This document shows positions 25,325-35,880 of a DNA stretch of 64,000 nt, one piece after another. Position 1 is the first letter of the stretch. The number at the start of each line of letters is the position of its first letter. The notes beneath the pieces were generated by a model. The model was not told where the DNA came from. It did not search any database and saw nothing but the letters and a program-made list of their open reading frames with translations. The position numbers were made by a program, and so were the translations under genes. The stretch is from NCBI GenBank assembly GCA_035296565.1, contig DATHAQ010000047.1, positions 1,027 through 65,026 of the forward strand, given 5' to 3'. Source of the DNA: Thermoleophilaceae bacterium (GTDB taxonomy: Bacteria > Actinomycetota > Thermoleophilia > Solirubrobacterales > Thermoleophilaceae).

Positions 25325-26647
25325 ATGACGCCAAAGAGCCTCCTCGCCCCGGCCCGACTGGCCGGTGTCCCCCTTCTGCGCTCCCAGAGCGACGAGCGGC
25401 TGGTGGACCTCGTCCGCGCCGGCAACGACGCGGCCTTCGAGGCGATCGTGGCGCGCTACCGGCGGCCGCTGCTGCGCTACTGCACGCGCATGCTGTCCGA
25501 CGAGCGCGCCGAGGACGTCGTCCAGCAGGCCTTCCTGCGCGCGCTGGCGGCGATGCGCCGCGACGAGCGCCCGCTCGACCTCAAGCCCTGGCTCTACACC
25601 ATCGCCCACAACGCCGCGCTGAACGCCCTGCGCGAGCGCTCCCTGCCGAGCGACTCCCTGGAGGAGGAGATCGACGGCGTCGAGCGCCCCGAGCAGGCCT
25701 TCGAGCGACGCGAGGGGCTGCGCTCGGTGATCGCTGCCGTGGGCGCGCTGCCCCAGCGCCAGCGCGACGCCCTGGTGCTGCGCGAGCTCGAGGGCCGCAG
25801 CTACGACGAGATCGCGCGCGAGCTCGGTGTCAGCGACGGCGCCGTGCGCCAGCTGCTCAACCGCGCGCGCACCACCCTGCGGGCCGGCTTCACGGCGATC
25901 ACCCCCACGGCCCTGCTCCTTCGCATCCCGCTCGAGGCCGACGAGCCGCTGGCCGACCGCATCGCCGAGCTGACAATGGCCTCGGCCGGCCTGGGCACGG
26001 TGGCCGCCAAGGCCGCCGCCGGCGCGTTGGTCGCCGGAGCGGTGATCGGCGGCATCGCCGCGGCGCCCGAGACGGTCGGCGACCCCCGGCGACCCCCGGC
26101 ACACGGCGCGGTGGCTGATGCTCGTGACGAGGTGGCGGCCGCGGTCGCCGACGACGAGCACGGCTCACCGGCCTCAAGGGACCGAAGCCGCGACGCGGGC
26201 CCGAACGCCGACGGCGACCGGAGCGCTGGCCTGAGCGGCGACTCCCTCGGCGGCGGCGACGACCGCAGCGGCAGCTCGGGCGCGGACAGCGCCGACGACG
26301 ATCCCTCGGCCCCCGGCGACGACTCGGGCCCCAGCGACTCCAGCGGCCCCGGCCCCGGCGGGGACGACAGCTCCGGTTCCAGCGGACCGGGCTCGGGCGA
26401 CGTCTCCAGCGGCGACTCCTCGGGGCCGGGCAGCGGGGACGACGCCGCTCGCGTGGACGACAACTCGGGCAGCGGCTCCTCGGGCTCGGGCTCCTCGGGC
26501 AGCGGCTCCTCGGACTCGGGCTCCTCGGGCAGCGTCTCCTCGGGCTCCTCGGGCAGCGGCTCCTCGGGCTCCGACTCGTCCGGTTCGGGCGTCAGCGGAT
26601 CGGGCAGCGGCGAGGACCGCTCCGGGCCCTCGGGCGACGCCTACTAG
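25325..26647 (+). CDS. ECF-type sigma-70 factor fused to a predicted TM segment and an approximately 180-aa Ser/Gly/Asp-rich tail
   Basis: Sigma-2 (RYRRPLLRYCTRML...DVVQQAFL...KPWLYTIAHNAALN) and sigma-4 (LPQRQRDALVLRELEGRSYDEIARELGVSDGAVRQLLNRAR). Next comes a hydrophobic stretch GLGTVAAKAAAGALVAGAVIGGIAAAP, then a low-complexity tail. ATG 25325. Confidence 0.8.
   Translation: MTPKSLLAPARLAGVPLLRSQSDERLVDLVRAGNDAAFEAIVARYRRPLLRYCTRMLSDERAEDVVQQAFLRALAAMRRDERPLDLKPWLYTIAHNAALNALRERSLPSDSLEEEIDGVERPEQAFERREGLRSVIAAVGALPQRQRDALVLRELEGRSYDEIARELGVSDGAVRQLLNRARTTLRAGFTAITPTALLLRIPLEADEPLADRIAELTMASAGLGTVAAKAAAGALVAGAVIGGIAAAPETVGDPRRPPAHGAVADARDEVAAAVADDEHGSPASRDRSRDAGPNADGDRSAGLSGDSLGGGDDRSGSSGADSADDDPSAPGDDSGPSDSSGPGPGGDDSSGSSGPGSGDVSSGDSSGPGSGDDAARVDDNSGSGSSGSGSSGSGSSDSGSSGSVSSGSSGSGSSGSDSSGSGVSGSGSGEDRSGPSGDAY
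26468..26580 (+). repeat. In-frame tandem 15/30-nt repeats (GGCAGCGGCTCCTCG/GGCTCGGGCTCCTCG) encoding (GSGSS)n
   Basis: Direct inspection of 26461-26600, within the sigma-factor tail. Confidence 0.7.
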
Positions 26648-26656
26648 GCGGCGCCT

Positions 26657-27637
26657 CTAAGAGCCGATCGCGACCATGCGCTCGATCGGCACCCGGGCCC
26701 GCTCGGCGAGCTCCGGGTCTACCCGCACCTCGGGGCGCAGGTCGCGCAGGCAGTCACGCAGCTTGGGCAGCGTGATCATCTTCATGAATTGACAGACGGC
26801 CGCCCGATTGGCCGGCACGAAGCTCTTGTCCGGGTTCTCGGCCTCGAGCGGATGGAGCATCCCGGTCTCGGTGGCCACGATGAAAGTGTCCGCGTCGGAC
26901 TCGCGGGCGTGGCGGAGCATGCCCCCGGTGGAGAGCATGTGCGTGCTCTCGGTGTCCACGTCGCCGGCGGCGACGTACTCCATCACCGAGGTCGAGCAGC
27001 CGCACTCGGGATGGATGAGGAAGTCCGCGCCGGGATGGCGCTCGCGGACGTCGGCGATGTCGCTCGGGCGGATGCCCGCGTGCACGTGGCACTCGCCGGT
27101 CCAGACGTGCATGCGCCGACCGGTGATCCGCTCCACGTATGCCCCCAGGAACATGTCGGGGCCGAACAGGATCTCCACGTCGTCGCCGTGCTCGCGCCGG
27201 ATGTGCTCGACCACCTGCACGGCGTTCGAGGACGTGCAGCAGTAGTCGGTCTCCGCCTTGACCTCGGCGGTCGTGTTCACGTACATGACCACCACCGCGC
27301 CGGGGTGCTGGGCCTTCCAGGCCCGCAGCTCGTCGGCGGTGATCGAGTCGGCCAGCGAGCAGCCGGCCTCCAGGTCCGGAAGCAGGACCTTCTTCTCGGG
27401 CGACAGGATCGAGGCCGTCTCGGCCATGAAGTGCACACCGCAGAAGGCGATGACCTCGGAGTCGGCCTCGGCCGCTTGGCGGGACAGGCCGAGCGAGTCG
27501 CCCACGAAGTGCGCGACGTCCTGGACCTCCGGCACCTGGTAGTTGTGCGCGAGGATGACCGCGTCGCGCTCCTCGGCGAGGGCGCTGACCTCTTCCTTGA
27601 GCGCAGGAGTGTTCTCGAGCGTCAGCAGGTCCGGCAT
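26657..27637 (-). CDS. nadA: Quinolinate synthase NadA
   Basis: ILAHNYQ, FCGVHFMAETA, the HPEC motif and other conserved NadA blocks. ATG 27637 (MPDLLTL) preferred. Confidence 0.9.
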   Translation of the reverse strand: MPDLLTLENTPALKEEVSALAEERDAVILAHNYQVPEVQDVAHFVGDSLGLSRQAAEADSEVIAFCGVHFMAETASILSPEKKVLLPDLEAGCSLADSITADELRAWKAQHPGAVVVMYVNTTAEVKAETDYCCTSSNAVQVVEHIRREHGDDVEILFGPDMFLGAYVERITGRRMHVWTGECHVHAGIRPSDIADVRERHPGADFLIHPECGCSTSVMEYVAAGDVDTESTHMLSTGGMLRHARESDADTFIVATETGMLHPLEAENPDKSFVPANRAAVCQFMKMITLPKLRDCLRDLRPEVRVDPELAERARVPIERMVAIGS

Positions 27638-27696
27638 GTTTCGCACCTCTCTCGGTGTCGAAATGACGCGCATGGGGCACGCGCTGTACAGCGAGT

Positions 27697-28515
27697 CTAG
27701 CGCCGCTCGAGCGCCATGCTCAAATCAAGTGCCGGAGCCGAGTGGGTCAGGGCCCCGACGCTCACGAAGTCCACCCCCGTCGCCGCGATCGCGCCCACGG
27801 TCTCCAGGGTGACTCCGCCCGAGGCCTCGAGCTCCGCCCGGCCCGCTGTCAGCGCAACCGCCTCGCGCAGCTGCTCCGGCGCCATGTTGTCGAGCAGGAC
27901 GCGCGCCGCCCCGGCATCGAGCGCCTCCCGCAGCTCCTCCAGGTCCCGGCACTCGACCTCGACCAGCATGCCGTCAGGCGCCCCCTCCTGAGCGGCGCGG
28001 ACCGCGGCCGCGACCCCGTCGGCCGACGCGACGTGGTTCTCCTTGATCAGCACGGCGTCCCACAGGCCGTGGCGGTGGCTCATGCCGCCGCCGACTACCA
28101 CGGCCGCCTTCTCGAGCTCCCGCATCCCAGGCGTCGTCTTGCGGGTGTCGAGGATGCGCGCACCCGTGCCCTCGACCGCCGCGACGTAGCGGGCGGTCAG
28201 CGTGGCCACGCCCGACAGCCGGCCCAGCAGGTTCAGCGCCGTGCGCTCTCCGGACAGCAAGGGCGCCGCGGGGCCCTCGACGGTCGCCACCGGCCCGCCC
28301 TCGCGCCACTGCCCCTCCTCGGCCAGGGGCTCCCAACGCAGGGCCGCGTCGAGCCGGCGAAACACCTCCCCGGCCGTTTCCATTCCGGCGATGACACCCG
28401 GCGCCTTCTGCTCTATCCGAGCCCGCGCCCGCGCGGCGTCGGGAACCACGAGCTGCGTCGTGACGTCGCCGCCACCTACGTCCTCGGCGAGTGCTCGATC
28501 GATCAGGTCCCCCAC
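27697..28515 (-). CDS. nadC: Nicotinate-nucleotide pyrophosphorylase (carboxylating) NadC
   Basis: LIDRALAEDVGGGDVTT, ILDTRKTTPGMR, LIKENH, LDNM motifs. GTG 28515 was chosen because the ORF-track start (28650) reads through repeat copy A. Confidence 0.85.
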   Translation of the reverse strand: MGDLIDRALAEDVGGGDVTTQLVVPDAARARARIEQKAPGVIAGMETAGEVFRRLDAALRWEPLAEEGQWREGGPVATVEGPAAPLLSGERTALNLLGRLSGVATLTARYVAAVEGTGARILDTRKTTPGMRELEKAAVVVGGGMSHRHGLWDAVLIKENHVASADGVAAAVRAAQEGAPDGMLVEVECRDLEELREALDAGAARVLLDNMAPEQLREAVALTAGRAELEASGGVTLETVGAIAATGVDFVSVGALTHSAPALDLSMALERR

Positions 28516-28560
28516 GCGGCCGACAGTACTGGCCGCCAGACCGGGCGGGGCGGGCCCGAA

Positions 28561-28682
28561 CGCACGCGCGCGAGCAGACGCGCGGGCCCTCCCCCGAAAA
28601 ACGCTCAGCCGCCTGACGAGTCGGGCGACCGGCGTGCGTGCGCTGCGCACGACCCCGCGGCGCCCGGGCGCGCGGCGGGTCG
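28561..28682. repeat. Copy A of the palindromic-core intergenic repeat family
   Basis: CCCCCGAAAAACGCTCAGCCGCCTGACGAGTCGGGCG with core at 28605-28616. Flanked by inverted CGCACGCGCGCG / CGTGCGTGCGC blocks. Confidence 0.6.
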
Positions 28683-28800
28683 GCGCGCACGCACGCTCCC
28701 TGCTCGAAAACCCTCAGCCGGCTGACGAGCTGGGCGAAGCAGGGCGCGACGTCGCGGTGACCGGGAAGAGCCGCGGCGCTCCACCCGCGGGTGGCAGCGG
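28683..28800. repeat. Copy B of the palindromic-core intergenic repeat family
   Basis: GCGCGCACGCACGCTCCCTGCTCGAAAACCCTCAGCCGGCTGACGAGCTGGGCGAAGCAGGGCGCGACGTCG... with a perfect core at 28714-28725. Followed by the CCACCCGCGGGTGG palindrome. Confidence 0.65.
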
Positions 28801-28911
28801 AAGCAACTTGCCCGCGCCCGAAGGGCGCGAGTGCAAGGAAGTTCCGCTGACAGGACCCGCGGCCGGGCGGCCCGGAGCCCAACCGGCCGGCGCCCGAGGG
28901 GCGCAGGAGCT

Positions 28912-29025
28912 CTGCGCACGCGCACACATCCCCTCAAAAACCCTCAGCCGCCTGACGAGTTGGGCGGGAGCAGGGCGCGACGTCGGGTCATGCGGGGAGC
29001 GTTACGGCGCCCCCACGCGCGGGTG
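28912..29025. repeat. Copy C of the palindromic-core intergenic repeat family
   Basis: CTGCGCACGCGCACACATCCCCTCAAAAACCCTCAGCCGCCTGACGAGTTGGGCGGGAGCAGGGCGCGACGTCG... with core at 28944-28955. Aligns with copy B over about 95 nt. Begins about 10 nt 3' of the prfB stop on the minus strand. Confidence 0.65.
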
Positions 29026-29034
29026 GCCAAAGGC

Positions 29035-30152
29035 CTAGTCCGTAACAGCACCGCCCGAGCGCCGCAGCAACTCGGCTCGCACGAACTCGTCGAGATCCCC
29101 GTCCAGCACCCCCTGGGCGTTCCCCACCTCCACATTGGTCCGGTGATCCTTGACCATGGTGTACGGGTGCAGCACGTAGGAGCGAATCTGGGAGCCCCAG
29201 GCCACGTCCTGGGCGTCACCCTTCTCGCGGGCCATCTCCTCACGGCGCCGCTGCTCCTCGAGCTCGACCAGCTTGGCCTTCAGCATCGCCATGGCGGTCG
29301 TCTTGTTGGCCGACTGCGAGCGCTCGTTCTGACACTGGACCACCACACCCGTGGGCTTGTGGGTGATGCGCACGGCCGAGTCGGTCTTGTTGACGTGCTG
29401 GCCGCCGGCGCCCGACGCGCGGTAGGTGTCGATCTGGAGGTCCTCGTCGTCGACCTGGACGTCGACGTCGCCCTCCACCAGCGGCGCCACCTCCAGGCCG
29501 GCGAAGGCGGTGTGACGGCGTGAGGCGGCGTCAAAGGGCGAGATGCGCACCAGCCGGTGCACACCCTTCTCGGCCGAGAACAGCCCGTAGGCGTTCTCGC
29601 CGCGAGCCAGGAAGGTGGCCGACTTGATGCCCGCCTCCTCTCCGGGGCTGGCCTCCTTCATCTCGGTCTTCATTCCGCGCCGCTCGGCCCAGCGGAGCTC
29701 GGTGCGCAGAAGCATCTCGGCCCAGTCCTGGGAATCGGTGCCGCCGGCGCCGGCGTTGACGGTGACCATCGCGTCGCCGGAGTCGTAACGCCCCCCGAAC
29801 AACCGCCCCTCCTCGAGCTCGGCCAGCCGCTCGCCGACCGAGCGCCGCGTCTCGTCCAGCTCGCCGGCGATCGACTCGTCCTCGGCGGCCATCTCCTCGA
29901 GGGCCTCGAGATCCTCGATGTCGCTCTTGAGCGAGCCGAAGGCCTCGACGCGCTTGCTCAGCTGGGCGTGCTCGGAGGAGACCCGGGCGGCGCGCTCGGA
30001 GTCGTCCCAGAAGCCCGGGGTCTGCATCTCCTGCTCCAGCGCATCGCGGCGCTCGGTCAGGTCGGCGGGGTCAAAGAGAGTCCGTGAGCAGCTTCAGCTG
30101 GTCACGGAGCGCCTCGGCGTGAAGGGAACGAGTGTCCTCCGACGGTCGTCCG

Positions 30153-30163
<11 letters not shown>
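29035..30163 (-). CDS. prfB: Peptide chain release factor 2, requires programmed +1 frameshift (frame 0: 30163-30074; frame +1: 30072-29035)
   Basis: ATG 30163 gives MARSGRPSEDTRSLHAEALRDQLKLLTDSL, then an in-frame TGA. The +1 frame continues DPADLTERRDALEQEMQTPGFWDD..., then SPF, GGQ (ASGAGGQHVNKT) and the rest of RF2. The +1 frame is closed by TGA 7 codons upstream of the shift site. Confidence 0.9.
30070..30076 (-). other. RF2 autoregulatory +1 frameshift site CUU UGA C
   Basis: Minus-strand CTTTGAC. The heptamer is identical to the classical prfB shift site. The upstream Shine-Dalgarno-like element is weak or absent (CACGGACUCU). Confidence 0.85.
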
Positions 30164-33011
<2,848 letters not shown>

Positions 33012-33075
33012 GGGTTCCTACGGTAGCGGCGCTGAGCGGGCTGGGCGAGCGCCGAACTGCCCCGGAGCTCGTCCT

Positions 33076-33417
33076 CTAGGGGGGTGAGGCTCCCGGCTGG
33101 ACGCGCATCGCGTCACGGCGCCTGCGGCGCTTGTCACGGTGCCGCTTGACCTGGCGTGCGAGGTCCTCGGTCATGAGGTTGATGGAGTGCTTCATGTCTT
33201 CCGAGCGCTCGCGAGCACGCAGCGTCACGCCCTTCAGGTGGAGGGTGCCCTCGGCCACCTTCGAGTCGCGGATCGCCGGGTTGCGCTCCTCCCACAGCTC
33301 GATCTCGCACTCGGCGAGCGAGGAGACCTGGCGGGAGACCTTGTCGAGCTTTCGCTCGAGCCGGTCGCGGTACTCATCCTTGACGGCCACGTTGCGCCCC
33401 TTCACGTCGATGCGCAT
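33076..33417 (-). CDS. hpf: Ribosome hibernation promoting factor (short HPF/RaiA family)
   Basis: MRIDVKGRNVAVKDEYRDRLERKLDKV ... VAEGTLHLKG pattern. ATG 33417. Conserved position 5' of secA. Confidence 0.85.
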   Translation of the reverse strand: MRIDVKGRNVAVKDEYRDRLERKLDKVSRQVSSLAECEIELWEERNPAIRDSKVAEGTLHLKGVTLRARERSEDMKHSINLMTEDLARQVKRHRDKRRRRRDAMRVQPGASPP

Positions 33418-33474
33418 GCGTCTCCCCTCTGAGTTTGTTGCGTCCGGCGATGGTACGCCCCTCGGCAACCCGCG

Positions 33475-34122
33475 CTACCTCCCGGGCGTTCTTGCATAGG
33501 CCACCGCCTCCACCTCTCGCGCACCCGCCGCGTGCAGCGCCCGCGCGCACGCGGCCAGTGTGGCGCCCGTGGTGATCACGTCGTCCACCAGCACCGCGCG
33601 CGGTGGCGAGATACGGCGGGTGCTGAAGGTGGGCGCCTGGGCCAGGCGCGCGCCGCGACCGCGGCCCAGCTGGCGGGCCGCCCCGCCGCTGCGCTCGAGC
33701 ACGTCGCAGACGGGCAGGCCCGTCCGCTCGGCGAGCGCGCCGGCCAGCGCCTCGGCCTGGTTGTAGCCGCGCTCACGGCGGCGGCGCGGCGCCAGCGGCA
33801 CGGGCACCAGCGCGCCCTCCAGCAGCCCGGCGGGGGCACCAGCGGCAATGGCCGCCGCCAGCTCGCCCGCCAGCCCGCGGGCGCCACGGAACTTCAGGCC
33901 CCCGATGAGCGCCCGTGCAGGGCCGTCATAGAGGACGGGCGCCCACGCCGGCACCCCATGGGCCGGTCGCGTTGCCGACTCGCTCCAGCGCAACCCGCCG
34001 CGGCAGGCGCGGCAGAGCGCGTGCCCTCTCGCGGCCGCGCCGCAGGCCCAGCACAGCGACGGGCTGAGGAGCGAGATGGGCACGGCGGCAACGGTGCCGC
34101 CAGGCGCGTAACGCCACAGCAC
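33475..34122 (-). CDS. comFC: ComF family phosphoribosyltransferase-domain protein
   Basis: N-terminal double CxxC zinc finger (CWACG...CRAC), GYNQAE, and a C-terminal PRTase motif VLVDDVITTGATL. Confidence 0.8.
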   Translation of the reverse strand: MLWRYAPGGTVAAVPISLLSPSLCWACGAAARGHALCRACRGGLRWSESATRPAHGVPAWAPVLYDGPARALIGGLKFRGARGLAGELAAAIAAGAPAGLLEGALVPVPLAPRRRRERGYNQAEALAGALAERTGLPVCDVLERSGGAARQLGRGRGARLAQAPTFSTRRISPPRAVLVDDVITTGATLAACARALHAAGAREVEAVAYARTPGR

Positions 34123-34145
34123 GCGGTTGCGACAATCGAGGATGC

Positions 34146-34973
34146 GTGGAGAACCCTCACCCGCAGCTCGACTGGCTGGCCGACCCGCTCGTGCTGGTCC
34201 CCATCCTCACGCTGGCGGTGGTCTACGCCATGCGCTTTCGCACCGCGCGGGCCGAGGCGGGCGGCCGCGGCACCAGCCCGCTCCGGGCGCTCGCCTTCGC
34301 CGCCGGGCTGCTCGTGCTCGTGGCGGCGACGGCCACCCCCCTGGACGGGCTCGGGGAGCGCTACCTGTTCTCCGCCCACATGCTGCAGCATGTGCTCCTG
34401 GGCGACGTCGCCCCGCTGCTCCTGCTGCTCGGCCTGTCGCGCGTGATCATGCGGCCCGCCACCCGGCGCCTGCAACGCCTCGAACGCGCGCTGGGCCCCT
34501 TCGCCCACCCGCTCACGGGACTTCTGCTCTGGCTCGGGACCATGTACCTGTGGCACGTCCCGGCGATGTACGAGGCAGCCCTGGCGAGCCCCCTGGTGCA
34601 CCTGGTCGAGCACGTGTCGTTCTTCGCGGCGGGCTTGGCCGTGTGGTGGCCGCTGATCCAGCCCGTCCCCATGCGCAGGCGCCTGACGGGCATGTGGCCG
34701 GTCGCCTACATCGGTGCGGCCAAGTTCGGCCTGGCCGCACTGGGCCTCTATCTCACTTGGTCCTCAGGCGTCGTCTATGAGCACTACGAGGCCGCCCCGC
34801 ACATCTGGGGGCTGAGCCACCAGACCGACCAGAACGCGGGCGGCGCGATCATGATGGTCGAGCAGTCGCTGACCTTCGTGGTCGCGCTGGTGGTGGTGTT
34901 CAGCCTGGCGCTCAAGCAGTCGGAGACCGAGCAGCGCCGCCGCGAGCGGCTCGAGGACGCCGCCGCGGCTTAG
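34146..34973 (+). CDS. ctaG: Cytochrome c oxidase assembly factor CtaG (caa3-type, membrane)
   Basis: Polytopic, with SAHMLQHVLLGDVAPLLLLLG and VHLVEHVSFFAAGLAVWWPLIQP motifs. GTG start. Confidence 0.75.
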   Translation: MENPHPQLDWLADPLVLVPILTLAVVYAMRFRTARAEAGGRGTSPLRALAFAAGLLVLVAATATPLDGLGERYLFSAHMLQHVLLGDVAPLLLLLGLSRVIMRPATRRLQRLERALGPFAHPLTGLLLWLGTMYLWHVPAMYEAALASPLVHLVEHVSFFAAGLAVWWPLIQPVPMRRRLTGMWPVAYIGAAKFGLAALGLYLTWSSGVVYEHYEAAPHIWGLSHQTDQNAGGAIMMVEQSLTFVVALVVVFSLALKQSETEQRRRERLEDAAAA

Positions 34974-35842
34974 AGCCGCCCGATCGCATCCACGAGCACC
35001 GAACGCGCGGGCACCCGCGAGCCCGGCAGCAGGATCGTGTCGCGCAGCGAGGCCCCGGCGCCCACGCGGGAGCCCGCGCCGATCACCACACGGCCCATGA
35101 GCTCCACCCCCGCGTCGATCTCGCAGCCCTCCCCGACCCATACCGATCCGCTGGTGGCCTCGAGCGCCCGCCAGTTGGCCTCCCGCAGCTTGGACGGCGA
35201 GCCGATGTCGTTCCAGTAGGCCGTCGTCTCGAGCGCGTGCAGGGGCACGTCGTTCTCCAGCAGGACGGGAAAGACGTCCTGCGCCCAGTCGACGGGGTCC
35301 TCGGCCGGGAAGTAGTCGAACACCCCGGGCGAGAAGCAGTAGATGCCGCAGTTGGCCAGGTCCGACAGGGCCTCCGCGGGATGCGGTTTCTCCTGGAAGC
35401 CGGTCACCCGGCCTCCCTCGCCGATCAGGACGGCGCCGTAGTCGCGAATGTCGGCGACCCGCTGCGCCACGAGGGTGGCCACGGCACCGGAGGAGCGGTG
35501 TCGCCGCACCAGCTCGTCGAGCCGGATCTCGTTGAGGGAGTCTCCCGAGACGACGACGATCGGGTCGTCGCCGAAGAAGTCCGCCGCGTTGCGCACCCCG
35601 CCGGCGGTGCCCAGCGGCTCTTCCTCGACGCGGTAGGCCAGCCGATCGCCGAAGTAGCCCCGGATGGCATCCGGCAGGTGATGGAGGTTCGCCACCAGCT
35701 CGTCGAAGCCCTGGCGCTCGAGCGCGTCGACGATGTGGGCCAGCGCCGGGCGGTTCAACACGGGCATCATCGGCTTGGGGAGCTCGGCGGTGAGCGGCAT
35801 GAGCCGCGTGCCGAGACCGGCGGCGAGGAGCATGGCCTTCAT
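34970..35842 (-). CDS. Sugar-phosphate nucleotidyltransferase (NTP_transferase plus short LbH C-terminus)
   Basis: LLAAGLGTRLMPLTAELPKPMMPV, EEEPLGTAGG, YWNDIGSP. Confidence 0.85.
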   Translation of the reverse strand: MKAMLLAAGLGTRLMPLTAELPKPMMPVLNRPALAHIVDALERQGFDELVANLHHLPDAIRGYFGDRLAYRVEEEPLGTAGGVRNAADFFGDDPIVVVSGDSLNEIRLDELVRRHRSSGAVATLVAQRVADIRDYGAVLIGEGGRVTGFQEKPHPAEALSDLANCGIYCFSPGVFDYFPAEDPVDWAQDVFPVLLENDVPLHALETTAYWNDIGSPSKLREANWRALEATSGSVWVGEGCEIDAGVELMGRVVIGAGSRVGAGASLRDTILLPGSRVPARSVLVDAIGRL

Positions 35843-35880
35843 CGCGCCGCGAAGCTACCCGAGGCGGCCGGCCGTCCAGT

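Noticed and set aside
28516-28650. Long N-terminal extension of NadC (ORF-track start 28650), and similar extensions of ORFs 8538-10433, 25004-26647, 19037-20002, 38930-40246, 46563-47606, 57176-58411 and 57916-59082
   Set aside because: The extensions are Arg/Pro-rich shadow sequence, overlap upstream genes or repeats, and exceed the family-typical length. Internal ATG or GTG codons that coincide with stop/start overlaps give normal-length proteins.
28700-28760. Hammerhead ribozyme core (GAAA ... CUGACGAG)
   Set aside because: Only about 11 nt separate GAAAA from CUGACGAG. That cannot hold the two helices any hammerhead topology requires, and no stem II followed by GAAA exists downstream.
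28912-28960. NAD+ riboswitch (nadA motif) upstream of nadC-nadA, prompted by tandem domains and an ACAUCCCC string
   Set aside because: The ACANCCCC-like string is on the plus strand, antisense to nadC-nadA. It is present in only one copy, and the same repeat occurs next to unrelated genes (doxX, DUF72). My recollection of the motif consensus is also incomplete.
28561-29025. CRISPR array
   Set aside because: There are only three units, with unequal spacing (109 and 230 nt between cores). The units are 70-120 nt long and diverge internally. Further copies are dispersed singly elsewhere (269-336, 4561-4640). No cas genes are present.
27974-29038. ORFs 27974-28927(-), 28202-29038(+), 28605-28937(-) and others spanning the prfB-nadC spacer
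   Set aside because: They have Arg/Pro/Ala/Gly-dominated shadow composition. Their only 'conserved' peptides (KNPQPPDELG / KTLSRLTS) are translations of the DNA repeats in different frames. No start context or family resemblance was seen.
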